Assembly (NCBI GenBank): GCA_965204745.1
Contig: OZ242010.1
Coordinates: 5,418,116-5,482,115, forward strand
Direction: 5' to 3'
Length of the DNA: 64,000 nt
DNA from: Candidatus Latescibacterota bacterium
GTDB lineage: Bacteria > Latescibacterota > UBA2968
Made by a program: the position numbers and the translations under genes. The notes under the pieces are model-generated. The model made no database searches, was not told the origin of the DNA, and worked only from the letters and a program-made list of their open reading frames with translations. Below are positions 29,333 through 38,728 of the stretch, one piece after another. Each line of letters starts with the position of its first letter. Position 1 is the stretch's first letter.

Positions 29333-30376
29333 GTGAAAGCAGCGCAGATTGTCGCCCGCAGGCGCGTGGTGGTTGTCGATGCAGAGGAGCCGCAACTCAC
29401 GGCTGCCGGGCAAGTGAAAATTCGGTTGGAACGCGCGTGTTTGTGCGGGTCAGACGTGCCTTTGTGGAATTGCGATCACAATGAATTGGCCGAAGTCGCG
29501 CAGCGCGATCCGCGCCGGGCCAAGTGCGTGCCATTTGTCGATTACGTGCATGGAGATCCGTATCCCCTGCGCGTGGGCCTGTCGATTCACGAATGCTTGG
29601 GCACGGTGGTCGCATCCACATCCGACCGATTTCAGGAGGGCGATTTTGTGCTCGCATTGCCCGATAGCCAAACCGGGTTGTGCGAATATATGTGCGCGCC
29701 CGAGAGCCGAATCATTCCCCTGCCAAAAGGCGCTGTGCCAGACGAACAAATTTTGATGACGCAACCCTTGGGCACAGTGGTATGGGCGTGTCAACGGCTG
29801 GGCAATATCGTGGATGCGGATGTGGTCATCGTGGGGCAAGGGCCGATGGGCTTGCTGTTCACGCGCATGATCGGCAATTTGGGCGCACGAAGCGTGATTG
29901 GGATGGACGAGTTGGATTACCGCTTGCACGCGGCAAAAAAGATGGGCGCGACCCATGTGGTCAATGTCGATGAGACCGACGCGGAAGAAGCCGTGCGCGA
30001 GATCACCGGGGGCGAGATGGCGGATCTGGTCGTGGAGGTGGTCGGGCATCAGACCGAGACCTTGAATGCGTGCATGAAACTCCTGCGGCGGTTGGGCACT
30101 CTATTGTGCTTTGGGGTGCCGGACGATGTGTATTATCCCTTTGCGTACGCGGAGTTTTTCAGGCTCAATCTCAATCTGATTTCCACGGTGGGGCCGAATG
30201 TACAACCCAATTTTTCGCTCGCCCGCGACTTGATCGCGCAAGGACGGGTGGATGTGGCACCGCTGGTGACGCATGTATTGCCATTTGAGGACATTCAGCG
30301 CGGGTACGAGTTGTTCGCGGACCGCAGGGATGGCGCCATTAAAGTGGTGATGGATTACGATTCGTTGAGGACCTGA
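29333..30376 (+). CDS. Zinc-binding (MDR) alcohol/polyol dehydrogenase
   Basis: LCGSD, HECLG, VGQGPMGL, ADLVVEVVG, C-terminal IKVV. Confidence 0.9.
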   Translation: MKAAQIVARRRVVVVDAEEPQLTAAGQVKIRLERACLCGSDVPLWNCDHNELAEVAQRDPRRAKCVPFVDYVHGDPYPLRVGLSIHECLGTVVASTSDRFQEGDFVLALPDSQTGLCEYMCAPESRIIPLPKGAVPDEQILMTQPLGTVVWACQRLGNIVDADVVIVGQGPMGLLFTRMIGNLGARSVIGMDELDYRLHAAKKMGATHVVNVDETDAEEAVREITGGEMADLVVEVVGHQTETLNACMKLLRRLGTLLCFGVPDDVYYPFAYAEFFRLNLNLISTVGPNVQPNFSLARDLIAQGRVDVAPLVTHVLPFEDIQRGYELFADRRDGAIKVVMDYDSLRT

Positions 30377-30389
30377 CAAAAGGGGGTTT

Positions 30390-31982
30390 TTGCTCGTGGC
30401 AATGACGTTTGAAAACGGCGCAGTGGTCGGACAACCCGAGTCCGATTCTGCGGCTGTGAGTATCTTACAAAAAGGTGGCAATGCCGTGGATGCGGCTGTT
30501 GGCGCAGCCTTTCTCGCGTGCGTTGCAACGCCCAAGTCCTGCGGCATTGGCGGGTATGGCGGGGTGATGACCGCGTACATTGGCGGCGAAGTCGTCTGCG
30601 TCGATTTTAATACAGTCGCGCCGCGGGCGGCCCATGCGCGCCTGTTTCGCGTGACGCGCTCGGACGGGCGGTTTGGCTCTGTGGTCGGCGGGTATGCCAA
30701 TCAGGTGGGGTGCAAAGCCATTTCCGTGCCCGGAGTGCTGGCAGGCCTGGGCCTCGCGCTGGAGAAGTTCGGCAAGATGAGGTTGGCAGACGTGCTCGCG
30801 CCGGCGATTCGCGCGTGTCAAAGCGGGTTTCGGGTGTCGGCAAATTACGCGGCAGGCATTGCCCAAAGCGAGCGGCGCATCCGGGAATTTCCGGAAACCG
30901 AGCGGTTGTTGCTGATCGATGGCGAAGTGCCCAAAACCGGAGATCGGGTGAAAAACCCCGAGTTGGGCGACTTGCTCGGTCAGGTCGCGGACAAGGGCGT
31001 GCGCGAGTTTTACGAGGGAGACATCGCAGAGCGCGTCGCCAAGCACGTTCGGGACAATGGCGGGGTCTTATCGCGCAATGATTTGGCAAAGTACGAGGCG
31101 CGAGTGGTCGATCCCATCCACGAGGTGTGCATGGAATACGACGTGTACAGTTCGCCGCTTTGTAGCGCGGGCGTGAGCTTGGTGCAGATGTGTGCCATTG
31201 CCGACGTGGCCGAATTGGATCTGTACGCACGCGACGCGGCCCGCTTGGCCCATGGCATGGTCGAAACCATCCGTGCGGCGTGGATGGATCGGTACCGGCA
31301 TTTTGGCGATCCGAGGTTCGTCACTGTGCCCCTGGACATTCTGATGTCGGATGTCCACTTGGGCGCGACCGCAAAAGAGGTCGCCGCCTATATTGCCGAG
31401 GGCAAACGCGGTCAATCCCTGTTGCGGCCATTTTACACGGGCGGCACCACGCATATTTGCACCGCAGACGCGCAAAACAATCTGGTCGCGCTGACCCTCA
31501 CGCACGGGCCGAGCTTTGGGTCTTTTGTCACCATCCCCGGCATGGGCTTGCTGATGAACGCGGGCATGTCGCGGTTCGATCCCGGTTCCGGGTTGAAAAA
31601 CTCCATTGGCCCCGGCAAAGCGCCGATTATGAACATGTGCCCGGCCATCGTGTTGCGCGATGGCGAACCCGTGCTGACCATTGGCGCGTCCGGGGGCACG
31701 CGCATCCCGTCGTCCGTGTTTCAGGTGTTGGCGCGCAGGCTAGTGCTCGACGAAGACCCCGAATGGTCGATCTCCGCGCCGCGCGTGCATTCAGAGGGCA
31801 ATGAGTGGGTGCGTTTGGAAGAAGAGTTCGGCGAGGCCGCGCCGGACTATCTCCAGTCCATTGGGTACAAGGTCCATACCAAAGGCGCGGTAGCCGCCCA
31901 TGTGCGGATGATCGAAGTCGCAGAAGACGGCCTGCTGGCAATGTACGACCCACGCATGAAAGCACGGGAGAAGGGGTACTGA
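30390..31982 (+). CDS. Gamma-glutamyltransferase family protein
   Basis: GGNAVDAAV, GIGGYGG, SVPG, nucleophile GTTHI, GASGGTRI, PRVH. Confidence 0.9.
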   Translation: MLVAMTFENGAVVGQPESDSAAVSILQKGGNAVDAAVGAAFLACVATPKSCGIGGYGGVMTAYIGGEVVCVDFNTVAPRAAHARLFRVTRSDGRFGSVVGGYANQVGCKAISVPGVLAGLGLALEKFGKMRLADVLAPAIRACQSGFRVSANYAAGIAQSERRIREFPETERLLLIDGEVPKTGDRVKNPELGDLLGQVADKGVREFYEGDIAERVAKHVRDNGGVLSRNDLAKYEARVVDPIHEVCMEYDVYSSPLCSAGVSLVQMCAIADVAELDLYARDAARLAHGMVETIRAAWMDRYRHFGDPRFVTVPLDILMSDVHLGATAKEVAAYIAEGKRGQSLLRPFYTGGTTHICTADAQNNLVALTLTHGPSFGSFVTIPGMGLLMNAGMSRFDPGSGLKNSIGPGKAPIMNMCPAIVLRDGEPVLTIGASGGTRIPSSVFQVLARRLVLDEDPEWSISAPRVHSEGNEWVRLEEEFGEAAPDYLQSIGYKVHTKGAVAAHVRMIEVAEDGLLAMYDPRMKAREKGY

Positions 31983-32390
31983 GGGGAGAGGCAAGACGGG
32001 AGAGGCAAGAGGCAAGAGGCAAGACGTAAGAGGCAAGACGTAAGAGGTAAGACGTAAGAGGCAAGAGGGGAGTTTAGCCACAAAAGGCACAAAAGGGGTA
32101 CAACTGGCGATAGCCCGTTCAAAGGTGAGCAGTATATATCGCCCAAAGAGGCAAGACGTAAGAGGCAAGAGGGCAGGCCACCGTCATTCCGGCGAAAGCC
32201 TGCCCCTATATGCTTTTGGCTGACCGCTAGGTATGCGGACAAGCACAGGGGCCTGTCCCTACGGGGCTTGGGGATGGGTGGACTGACAACTGACTACTGA
32301 CAACTTGGGCGGTGGCGGGGTTGCCTCACCTCTCCCGTCTTACGTCTCACTGAAGGGGGTTGGGCAGGGTGGGAACTGACAACTGATTTT
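31983..32390. repeat. Mosaic of heptamer tracts (AAGAGGC/AAGACGT), family B, a GTAG-type REP and family E
   Basis: Motifs shared with other intergenic regions of the window. Confidence 0.8.
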
Positions 32391-32403
32391 AGGAGATGAG
32401 TCC

Positions 32404-33522
32404 ATGGAAAATTATCCCTTTGGCAGTGGGCGGCCCGATCCGGGGTCGTTTCCCAACCGCGAATTGGGCGAGGCGGCCATGCGTATTTTGCCCGAGATGG
32501 GCGATGAGTTGGCCCTGTATCCCGGCACATTGGGGTATCGGCCCCTGCGACAGGTGATGGCGGATCGCTTGTCACATCGCGAGGGCGTCGCCCCCCCGAT
32601 TGACGAGATCGCATTGACTAATGGCTCGATGCAAGCCGTGACCCTGATGGCGCAGGTGTTTGTCGATCAGCCCGGCGATGGGGTGGTGATGGAGGAATTT
32701 TGTTATTCGGGTACGATTGGCGCGTATCAAAAAGAGGGCGCGGAATTGGTGGGCATTCCGGTGGATGAACACGGCATGCGGATGGACGCGCTGTCCGATG
32801 AACTAAAAAAACGGGCCGCGAAGGGCAAGTTGCCCAAGTTCATTTACGTGCTGGCGACGTTTCAAAATCCCACGGGCGCGATTATGCCCCTCGAGCGGCG
32901 CAAGGAATTGCTGCAAATCGCCGCGCAGTACGCGCTCCCGGTTGTGGAAGATCACTGTTATGCCGATACGGTGTACGAAGACGATTATTACGTGCCCGCG
33001 CTCTATACCCTGCCTGCGGAGGTGCCGGTGGTGCATATCGAATCGCTGTCCAAAATTTTGGGGCCGGGCGTGCGCTTGGGGTGCTTTTTTGCCGAGCAAC
33101 CCCTGTTGGGCAAAATTTTGCAAATTCGCCGGGACGGGGGAACGAGTTCGCTGGCCGCGGCGGTCGTGTACGAGTATTTCCGCGAGCACCTGTGGACGCA
33201 CGTCAATCGCATCAATGCGATAGTGAAGCAAAAGCGCGATGCGATGTTTGAGATGCTCGGGCAATTTCCCGATGCGTTTGAGTGGTTTAGCCGACCCAAG
33301 GGCGGGTTGTTCATCTGGGTCAAATTGCCCGATGCCACCGATGTGGTCAAGTGCGAACAAGTCGCCGAGTCCCGCGGGATCGATTACGCCACGGGCAAGG
33401 CGTTTCACGTCTTCCGCCGCGATGTGCCCTACCTGCGCCTCGCGTTTGGGTACGCGTCGCTGGCACAAATTCGAGAAGGCATTCCAAAGTTGGCCGAATG
33501 CGTGATTGAGACGCAAAGTTGA
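32404..33522 (+). CDS. PLP-dependent class I aminotransferase (MocR/LysN-like, no HTH)
   Basis: TNGSMQA, FQNPTG, VVEDHCY, SLSKILGPGVRLG, GGLFIW, LRLAF. Confidence 0.92.
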   Translation: MENYPFGSGRPDPGSFPNRELGEAAMRILPEMGDELALYPGTLGYRPLRQVMADRLSHREGVAPPIDEIALTNGSMQAVTLMAQVFVDQPGDGVVMEEFCYSGTIGAYQKEGAELVGIPVDEHGMRMDALSDELKKRAAKGKLPKFIYVLATFQNPTGAIMPLERRKELLQIAAQYALPVVEDHCYADTVYEDDYYVPALYTLPAEVPVVHIESLSKILGPGVRLGCFFAEQPLLGKILQIRRDGGTSSLAAAVVYEYFREHLWTHVNRINAIVKQKRDAMFEMLGQFPDAFEWFSRPKGGLFIWVKLPDATDVVKCEQVAESRGIDYATGKAFHVFRRDVPYLRLAFGYASLAQIREGIPKLAECVIETQS

Positions 33523-33524
33523 GG
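33427..33524 (+). repeat. Direct repeat copy 1 (3' end of aminotransferase)
   Basis: 98 bp, 4 mismatches to 34963-35060. Confidence 0.93.
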
Positions 33525-33580
33525 TGGCGGTTTGGTCGCTGATCGGTTTTACGCGAACGCATCATTGAGGAGATTCAGCC

Positions 33581-33781
33581 ATGGCGGATTCACCTATCGC
33601 ATTGATTTCTGACCCTGATCGCACAATGGGCCTGCCTTCAAAGACCGCTACCATCTGGCGAGCATGGACGCGCAAACGCGCACAACACGCGCCCACGCTC
33701 GAACAGGTCCAAGAGATCACAAAAAAAGTGCAACTCAATGTCACACAGACCATCTTGGAAGAACGCAGGAAAACCTCGTGA
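33581..33781 (+). CDS. Small hypothetical protein (possible antitoxin remnant)
   Basis: RBS GAGGAG, 66-aa ORF. Confidence 0.55.
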   Translation: MADSPIALISDPDRTMGLPSKTATIWRAWTRKRAQHAPTLEQVQEITKKVQLNVTQTILEERRKTS

Positions 33782-33877
33782 GCGCAGATATCGACTTAAA
33801 CGCATTGGCCCGGCAAGTCAACATTTTGACATTTGATCCTGAAAATCCTTTTTCATTCCTCTAAAAATGGGTTCGCT

Positions 33878-34843
33878 ATGGCACTTGATGATCTGACAGC
33901 CACTATCGAAAAATTGCAAGACAAAATTAGGACACATCACCCGTACCTTTCTGGTAATGAGACAGCCACGCGGCAAGTGCTGATCGATCCCCTGTTGCTG
34001 GCGTTGGGATGGGATGTGTCGGATCCGGCACAAGTTGCGTTGGAGTATTCAGCAGGAGGGGGACGAGTTGATTACGCGCTGATGTCAAACGATGCCCCTG
34101 TCGCTGTAATTGAAGCGAAAAATTTGGGTACCTCATTGGAAGAGCGCGAGACCAGGCAGACTCTCAACTACGCAAATTCTGATGGCATCCCATATATGGT
34201 CGTTACCAACGGCAACGATTGGCGAATGTACGACGTTTTCACCCAGCAAACCATTGAGAAACGCATACTCATGCAGTTTTCGATAACTCAAACACCAGCT
34301 CATGAGAGTGCGTTGCAAGCGTTGTGGATGTGGCGGTCAAATCTCGCTTCGTCTGGGAATCCCATGCCGGCAAGAGAGCCAGTATTGCAGTCCGATGAGA
34401 AAGAACTGCCTCCTGCTGATGAGCAAGAAGGGGAAACGCCGCCGCAACCGATTATCGAATCCGACACAGAATCCGGATGGATTGCACTGACAGATTTATC
34501 AGGAATAAATAAAACCAGTCCAAAGCCAAAGTGTATCAAACTCCCGGATGGACAGACTGAATCGTTTCGAGTTTCTGCGGTAGGCGTGCTAAGAGAAACT
34601 GCGAAATGGCTTGCTAACAGCGGGAAACTGACACCCAAAAACGCTCGGATAGAACATCCGAAATATCAAAACCGTTGTGTTTCGTCCGACACAGAGCAAA
34701 CTCTCCAAAAACCAGAAAAAATCTGTGACGGTGTGTACTTCGACAAGAATTGGGGGGCTCAAGATACCATAGAGGGCACAATAGCACTTCTCAAACACTG
34801 TGGAGAGGATCCGAGCAAAATCCATGTCAAGCTCAACCGATGA
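33878..34843 (+). CDS. Stand-alone HsdR_N-type (type I restriction R N-terminal) nuclease domain protein
   Basis: NETATRQVLIDPLLLALGWD, RVDYAL, IEAK, Q...Y, VTNGNDWRMY. Confidence 0.85.
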   Translation: MALDDLTATIEKLQDKIRTHHPYLSGNETATRQVLIDPLLLALGWDVSDPAQVALEYSAGGGRVDYALMSNDAPVAVIEAKNLGTSLEERETRQTLNYANSDGIPYMVVTNGNDWRMYDVFTQQTIEKRILMQFSITQTPAHESALQALWMWRSNLASSGNPMPAREPVLQSDEKELPPADEQEGETPPQPIIESDTESGWIALTDLSGINKTSPKPKCIKLPDGQTESFRVSAVGVLRETAKWLANSGKLTPKNARIEHPKYQNRCVSSDTEQTLQKPEKICDGVYFDKNWGAQDTIEGTIALLKHCGEDPSKIHVKLNR

Positions 34844-35058
34844 ATACTCGAGAGATGACGACTGAAGAACTGCTTCGGATGGGGGATCAAGAGATCGATT
34901 TTTCTCTCATTCCCGAATCGGAAGCAGATTTTTTTCCTAGCTGTTTTAAGACGAAATATGACCCCTACCTGCGCCTCGCGTTTGGGTACGCGTCGCTGGA
35001 ACAAATCCGAGAAGGCATTCCAAAGCTGGCCGAATGCGTGATGGAGACGCAAAGTTGA
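34840..35058 (+). pseudogene. Truncated BrnA-like antitoxin N-terminus fused to the duplicated aminotransferase C-terminus
   Basis: MTTEELLRMGDQEIDFSLIPE...FF then PYLRLAFGYASLEQIREGIPKLAECVMETQS. Confidence 0.65.
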
Positions 35059-35060
35059 GG
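34963..35060 (+). repeat. Direct repeat copy 2 (displaced aminotransferase 3' end)
   Basis: Near-identical to 33427-33524, including the stop codon. Confidence 0.93.
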
Positions 35061-35108
35061 GGTCGGTTTTGGCAAGTGTGATGCCTCGAGGTATCCGCAA
35101 GGGGAATC

Positions 35109-35315
35109 ATGAACGGAAGGGAATTTGTCAGATATGCCAGACGCTACGCGAGAAAGACAGGGGTGGAGTTCCGCTTTGATCCGCGCCGCGGCAAGGGTAG
35201 CCATGGGACTCTTTATGTGGGCAACCGCTACACAGTGGTCAAGCATGGCGAGATTTCCAAGGGCCTGTTGACAACCATGCTCGAGCAACTCGGAATTGAC
35301 AGGAAGGAGTTCTGA
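35109..35315 (+). CDS. hicA: HicA toxin
   Basis: GKGSHGTLY...TVV...EI.KGLL..ML.QLGI. Confidence 0.88.
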   Translation: MNGREFVRYARRYARKTGVEFRFDPRRGKGSHGTLYVGNRYTVVKHGEISKGLLTTMLEQLGIDRKEF

Positions 35316-35318
35316 ATC

Positions 35319-35753
35319 GTGCAATACGCTTACCCGTGCAATTTGATGCCCGACCCCGAAGAAAGGGAGGGTTTTATCGTGACCTTTCCCGACGTGCCCG
35401 AAGCGATAACAGGGGCGCGAACCAGGGCAGAGTCTCTTTTTTATGCCGAAGACGCCCTCGTCGCCATCCTCGCTGTGTACGTCCAAGAGAAACGGGAAAT
35501 CCCAACGCCAAGCCCTGTGGCTACCGGTCAGGAACTCGTCGCTGTCCCGCCTGTGGCCGCCGCTAAGTTGGCCCTCTATACAGCCATGTGTAAGCAGGGG
35601 ATCACCAGGGACGCGCTCGCTGACCGCCTGGGTTTGAGCGAGTCGGTCATCCGCAAATTGATCGACCCGGATTGCTACTCTCACATCAGCCAGATCATGA
35701 AAGCACTCAAAACCGTCGGGCGCAATCTGGTCGTAGAAGACAGGGCGGCATAA
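35319..35753 (+). CDS. hicB: HicB antitoxin with C-terminal HTH
   Basis: FIVTFPDVPEAITG...AEDAL...IPTPS...LADRLGLSESVIRKLID. Confidence 0.9.
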   Translation: MQYAYPCNLMPDPEEREGFIVTFPDVPEAITGARTRAESLFYAEDALVAILAVYVQEKREIPTPSPVATGQELVAVPPVAAAKLALYTAMCKQGITRDALADRLGLSESVIRKLIDPDCYSHISQIMKALKTVGRNLVVEDRAA

Positions 35754-35773
35754 AATAAAAATGGGAGTGCGAT

Positions 35774-36562
35774 GTGAATGCACCGACTTTAGAACGCCCG
35801 CCCATTCCGGGCGTCAAATACATTGTTGCTATCGCCAGCGGCAAGGGTGGGGTGGGCAAATCCACGACAGCGGCTAATTTGGCTGTGGCTCTGGCGATGA
35901 TGGGGCACGCGGTGGGGCTGATGGATGCGGATATTTACGGCCCGAATGTGCCGATTATGATGGGCACCAAAGCGCAGCCACAGATGACGCCCGAGCGCGA
36001 AATTGAACCCATTGAGCGGCATGGCGTCAAACTGGTGTCGTTGGGATTGATCGCGGGCGATGGCGTGCCGATTATCTGGCGCGGCCCCATGCTGGCGAAA
36101 ATGGTGACGCAATTTGTGCGCGGCGTGGCATGGGCACCGCTCGATTGTCTGGTGATCGACTTGCCACCGGGCACTGGGGATGTGCAGTTGACGTTGACCC
36201 AAACGACCCCGTTGGATGGGGCCTTGATCGTGACCACGCCCCCGTTGGTGGCGCAAGAAGACGTGCGGCGCGGGGTCGAAATGTTTCGCACGGTTGACGT
36301 GCCCGTGCTCGGGGTGATCGAAAATATGAGCACTTACATCTGTAGCAGTTGCGGCACAGAGACTCCGATTTTTGGACGGGGCGGGGGACAGCGCACCGCA
36401 GATGCGTATCGCGTGCCGTTCTTGGGCGCGATACCGTTGCATCGTCAAGTGCAATTAGGCAGCGATGCGGGCGAGCCAATCGCGGCGGCTGATCCCGACG
36501 CGCCACTGGCAAAAATGTACCGCGCCATCGCCGAGCGCGTCTGGCGATCTTTGGCGCGGTGA
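35774..36562 (+). CDS. mrp: Mrp/ApbC/NBP35 iron-sulfur cluster carrier ATPase
   Basis: ASGKGGVGKST, DADIYGP, IIWRGPM, DLPPGTGD, ENMS...CSSC. Confidence 0.93.
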   Translation: MNAPTLERPPIPGVKYIVAIASGKGGVGKSTTAANLAVALAMMGHAVGLMDADIYGPNVPIMMGTKAQPQMTPEREIEPIERHGVKLVSLGLIAGDGVPIIWRGPMLAKMVTQFVRGVAWAPLDCLVIDLPPGTGDVQLTLTQTTPLDGALIVTTPPLVAQEDVRRGVEMFRTVDVPVLGVIENMSTYICSSCGTETPIFGRGGGQRTADAYRVPFLGAIPLHRQVQLGSDAGEPIAAADPDAPLAKMYRAIAERVWRSLAR

Positions 36563-36595
36563 AGTACTTATGCAAGAAATCATGCCTCTTTTGAA

Positions 36596-36631
36596 CAGGC
36601 GGTCGTTCTGCGGTCGCCTTTTTTATTTTTT
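36596..36631 (+). terminator. Rho-independent terminator
   Basis: AGGCGGTCG/CGGTCGCCT stem followed by a T-run. Confidence 0.55.
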
Positions 36632-36815
36632 GGCAACTATACATTCGTTTAGTATATTGTGTTGGTAGGCAAAAAAAGTGTATCTTTTTAGGCGGTTGTG
36701 GGTTTATTTAGAGTACAATTTGGGATTGGGGGTAGGGAGCCACTGGATTACTTACGTTGTGCTTGCGCGTGCGCCTTTGAACGGGTTGTCGCCAGTTGTA
36801 CCCCGCTCGTGGCTA

Positions 36816-37234
36816 GGTTGTGTTAACATTTACGAGCCATGCAACGGCTTGAGTGGTTTATCGAGAAAATCAAGCCCTCCCTGACGTTCCGCAGTTCAAA
36901 GAAGGCATCACAATAAGTGCCATCGCAAAACACCCTCAGATCAAGCCATCACGCACAGCGCGCAAGGCCGTCTCGCAACCCACATCCATGTTGCAACCCA
37001 CTTTGCAGGCTGACGCATATCGTGCGATTACAAAAGCGCTTTGCGCTGTGCAAGCCTCTCGGCGTTTGAGAGCGGCATTTTTTGCTTACTTTTTTTTGCT
37101 GTTGAAAAAAAGTAAGTCGCCGAAGGCATCAAAGGCAACCAACGAGGCTGTAGGACCAAACGTCTTAAATGAGCAAGCAACGCATTTGCTACTCTGTGCG
37201 GAACGTCAAAAAAAAATAAAATGTCAACACGACC
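36816..37234. mobile_element. MITE-like family A, inverted copy flanked by TA on both sides
   Basis: TA|GGTTGTGTTAACATTT ... AAATGTCAACACGACC|TA. Confidence 0.82.
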
Positions 37235-37335
37235 TAAACTTCCATCTACCTTTTTTCCGCTTTTCCCAAAACCAATTTTCTCATTGGTGCGTCTAATGTC
37301 TTGCAAACTTTGGGCCATGTAACTTGCGAGGGCGA

Positions 37336-38550
37336 ATGATGTTGCAACGTATATCGAATGTGCTGGGGATTTTGATCGTTCTGTGGATGTTTTCGGGATG
37401 CAGCGACGAAGCTGAAACGGACAAGGCGTCGTCTGATGGTGCGGCAAAGGCCGATTCCACGAAGGTGGATTCTGCCAAAGTCGCCAAAAATCAGAAGCGC
37501 AAACGACCACCGAAGCCGAAAGAGACGAACAAGAACCAAAGGAAGAAAGTCGTCGAAGGCGTTCCCGTGAAGGTGTCTGTCGTGGAGACGGGCGAGATTT
37601 CCGATCATGTGTTGTACAGCGCGACCGTGGAAGCCGAAGAGACCATCGACATTTACGCGCGAGGGGCCGGGCTGGTGCGGCGCGTGCTGGTCGAAGAGGG
37701 CACGCAGGTGCGCGAGGGGCAGGTGCTGATCGAACTGGTTGACGACGAGTTGAAGCTCAACGAGGCCGAAGCGCACTTGGCGTATCAAAAATTGGCGAGC
37801 CAACTCAAGCGCAAAGAGGAGTTGTTCAACCGACAACTGCTCGCCAAAGAGGAATACGAAGACCTCAAGATCAATGTCGAACAGAGCAAAATTCGGTGGG
37901 AACGCTCGCGCTTGGCTCTGGATTACGCTCGCGTGCGCGCGCCTGTCAGCGGGATCATCGCGCGGCGGTTGGTCAAATTGGGCGACCGCGTTGGGGGCAA
38001 TTCCAAGCTGTACGAGATGGTGAATTTGAGCCGCCTGATCGCACACGTACACGTGCCCGGGCAGGGCATGCACAATTTGGCAATCGGGCAACCCGCGTTG
38101 GTGACGACCGATTTTCTGCCCGACACAAAATTCGAGGGCAAGATATTGCGGATCAGCCCAGTGGTCGATCCCAATTCGGGCACGTTCAAGGTGACGCTGG
38201 AACTCGACACGCGGAACCGGCTGTTGCGGCCGGGCATGTTCGTCAATGCACACATCGTCACCGCGACTCATCCCCAAGCCGTGCTCGTGCCCAAGCGGGC
38301 CGTGGTGTACGACGATGGCATGCCGCACGTTTTTGTGGTGTCGGACAGCACGGTCAAGAAGGTGCGCTTTGAAATGGGGTTTGACGACACGGAATTTGTC
38401 GAAGTGTTGTCCGGCGTGAAAAAGGGCGATCAGATCGTGGTGGTCGGGCAGAACGGGTTGAAGGACAAGGCCAAGGTGCGGATCATCAAAGGCGAGGGCC
38501 TGCGGATTCCCGCGAAGCCCGATTCGACTGAACAGACCGAAAAGACGTGA
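37336..38550 (+). CDS. RND efflux periplasmic adaptor (MFP) lipoprotein
   Basis: Lipobox FSGC; VEEGTQVREGQVL, RAPVSGII, ISPVVDPNSGT, LRPGMF. Confidence 0.93.
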   Translation: MMLQRISNVLGILIVLWMFSGCSDEAETDKASSDGAAKADSTKVDSAKVAKNQKRKRPPKPKETNKNQRKKVVEGVPVKVSVVETGEISDHVLYSATVEAEETIDIYARGAGLVRRVLVEEGTQVREGQVLIELVDDELKLNEAEAHLAYQKLASQLKRKEELFNRQLLAKEEYEDLKINVEQSKIRWERSRLALDYARVRAPVSGIIARRLVKLGDRVGGNSKLYEMVNLSRLIAHVHVPGQGMHNLAIGQPALVTTDFLPDTKFEGKILRISPVVDPNSGTFKVTLELDTRNRLLRPGMFVNAHIVTATHPQAVLVPKRAVVYDDGMPHVFVVSDSTVKKVRFEMGFDDTEFVEVLSGVKKGDQIVVVGQNGLKDKAKVRIIKGEGLRIPAKPDSTEQTEKT

Positions 38551-38728
38551 TGCGGAATCGGCAGTTCATCGAAGTTCGCCACGGTTGAGGGGTTGGGTGG
38601 GGACTGACTACTGACCACTGACTACTGACCACTGATTTTGATATTGGGCGAGCACGGGGGCATCGCCCCTACACACTGCTCGCCTTTTGTGCCTTTTGTG
38701 GCTATCCATCTCACCTGTGGAGAAGAGT

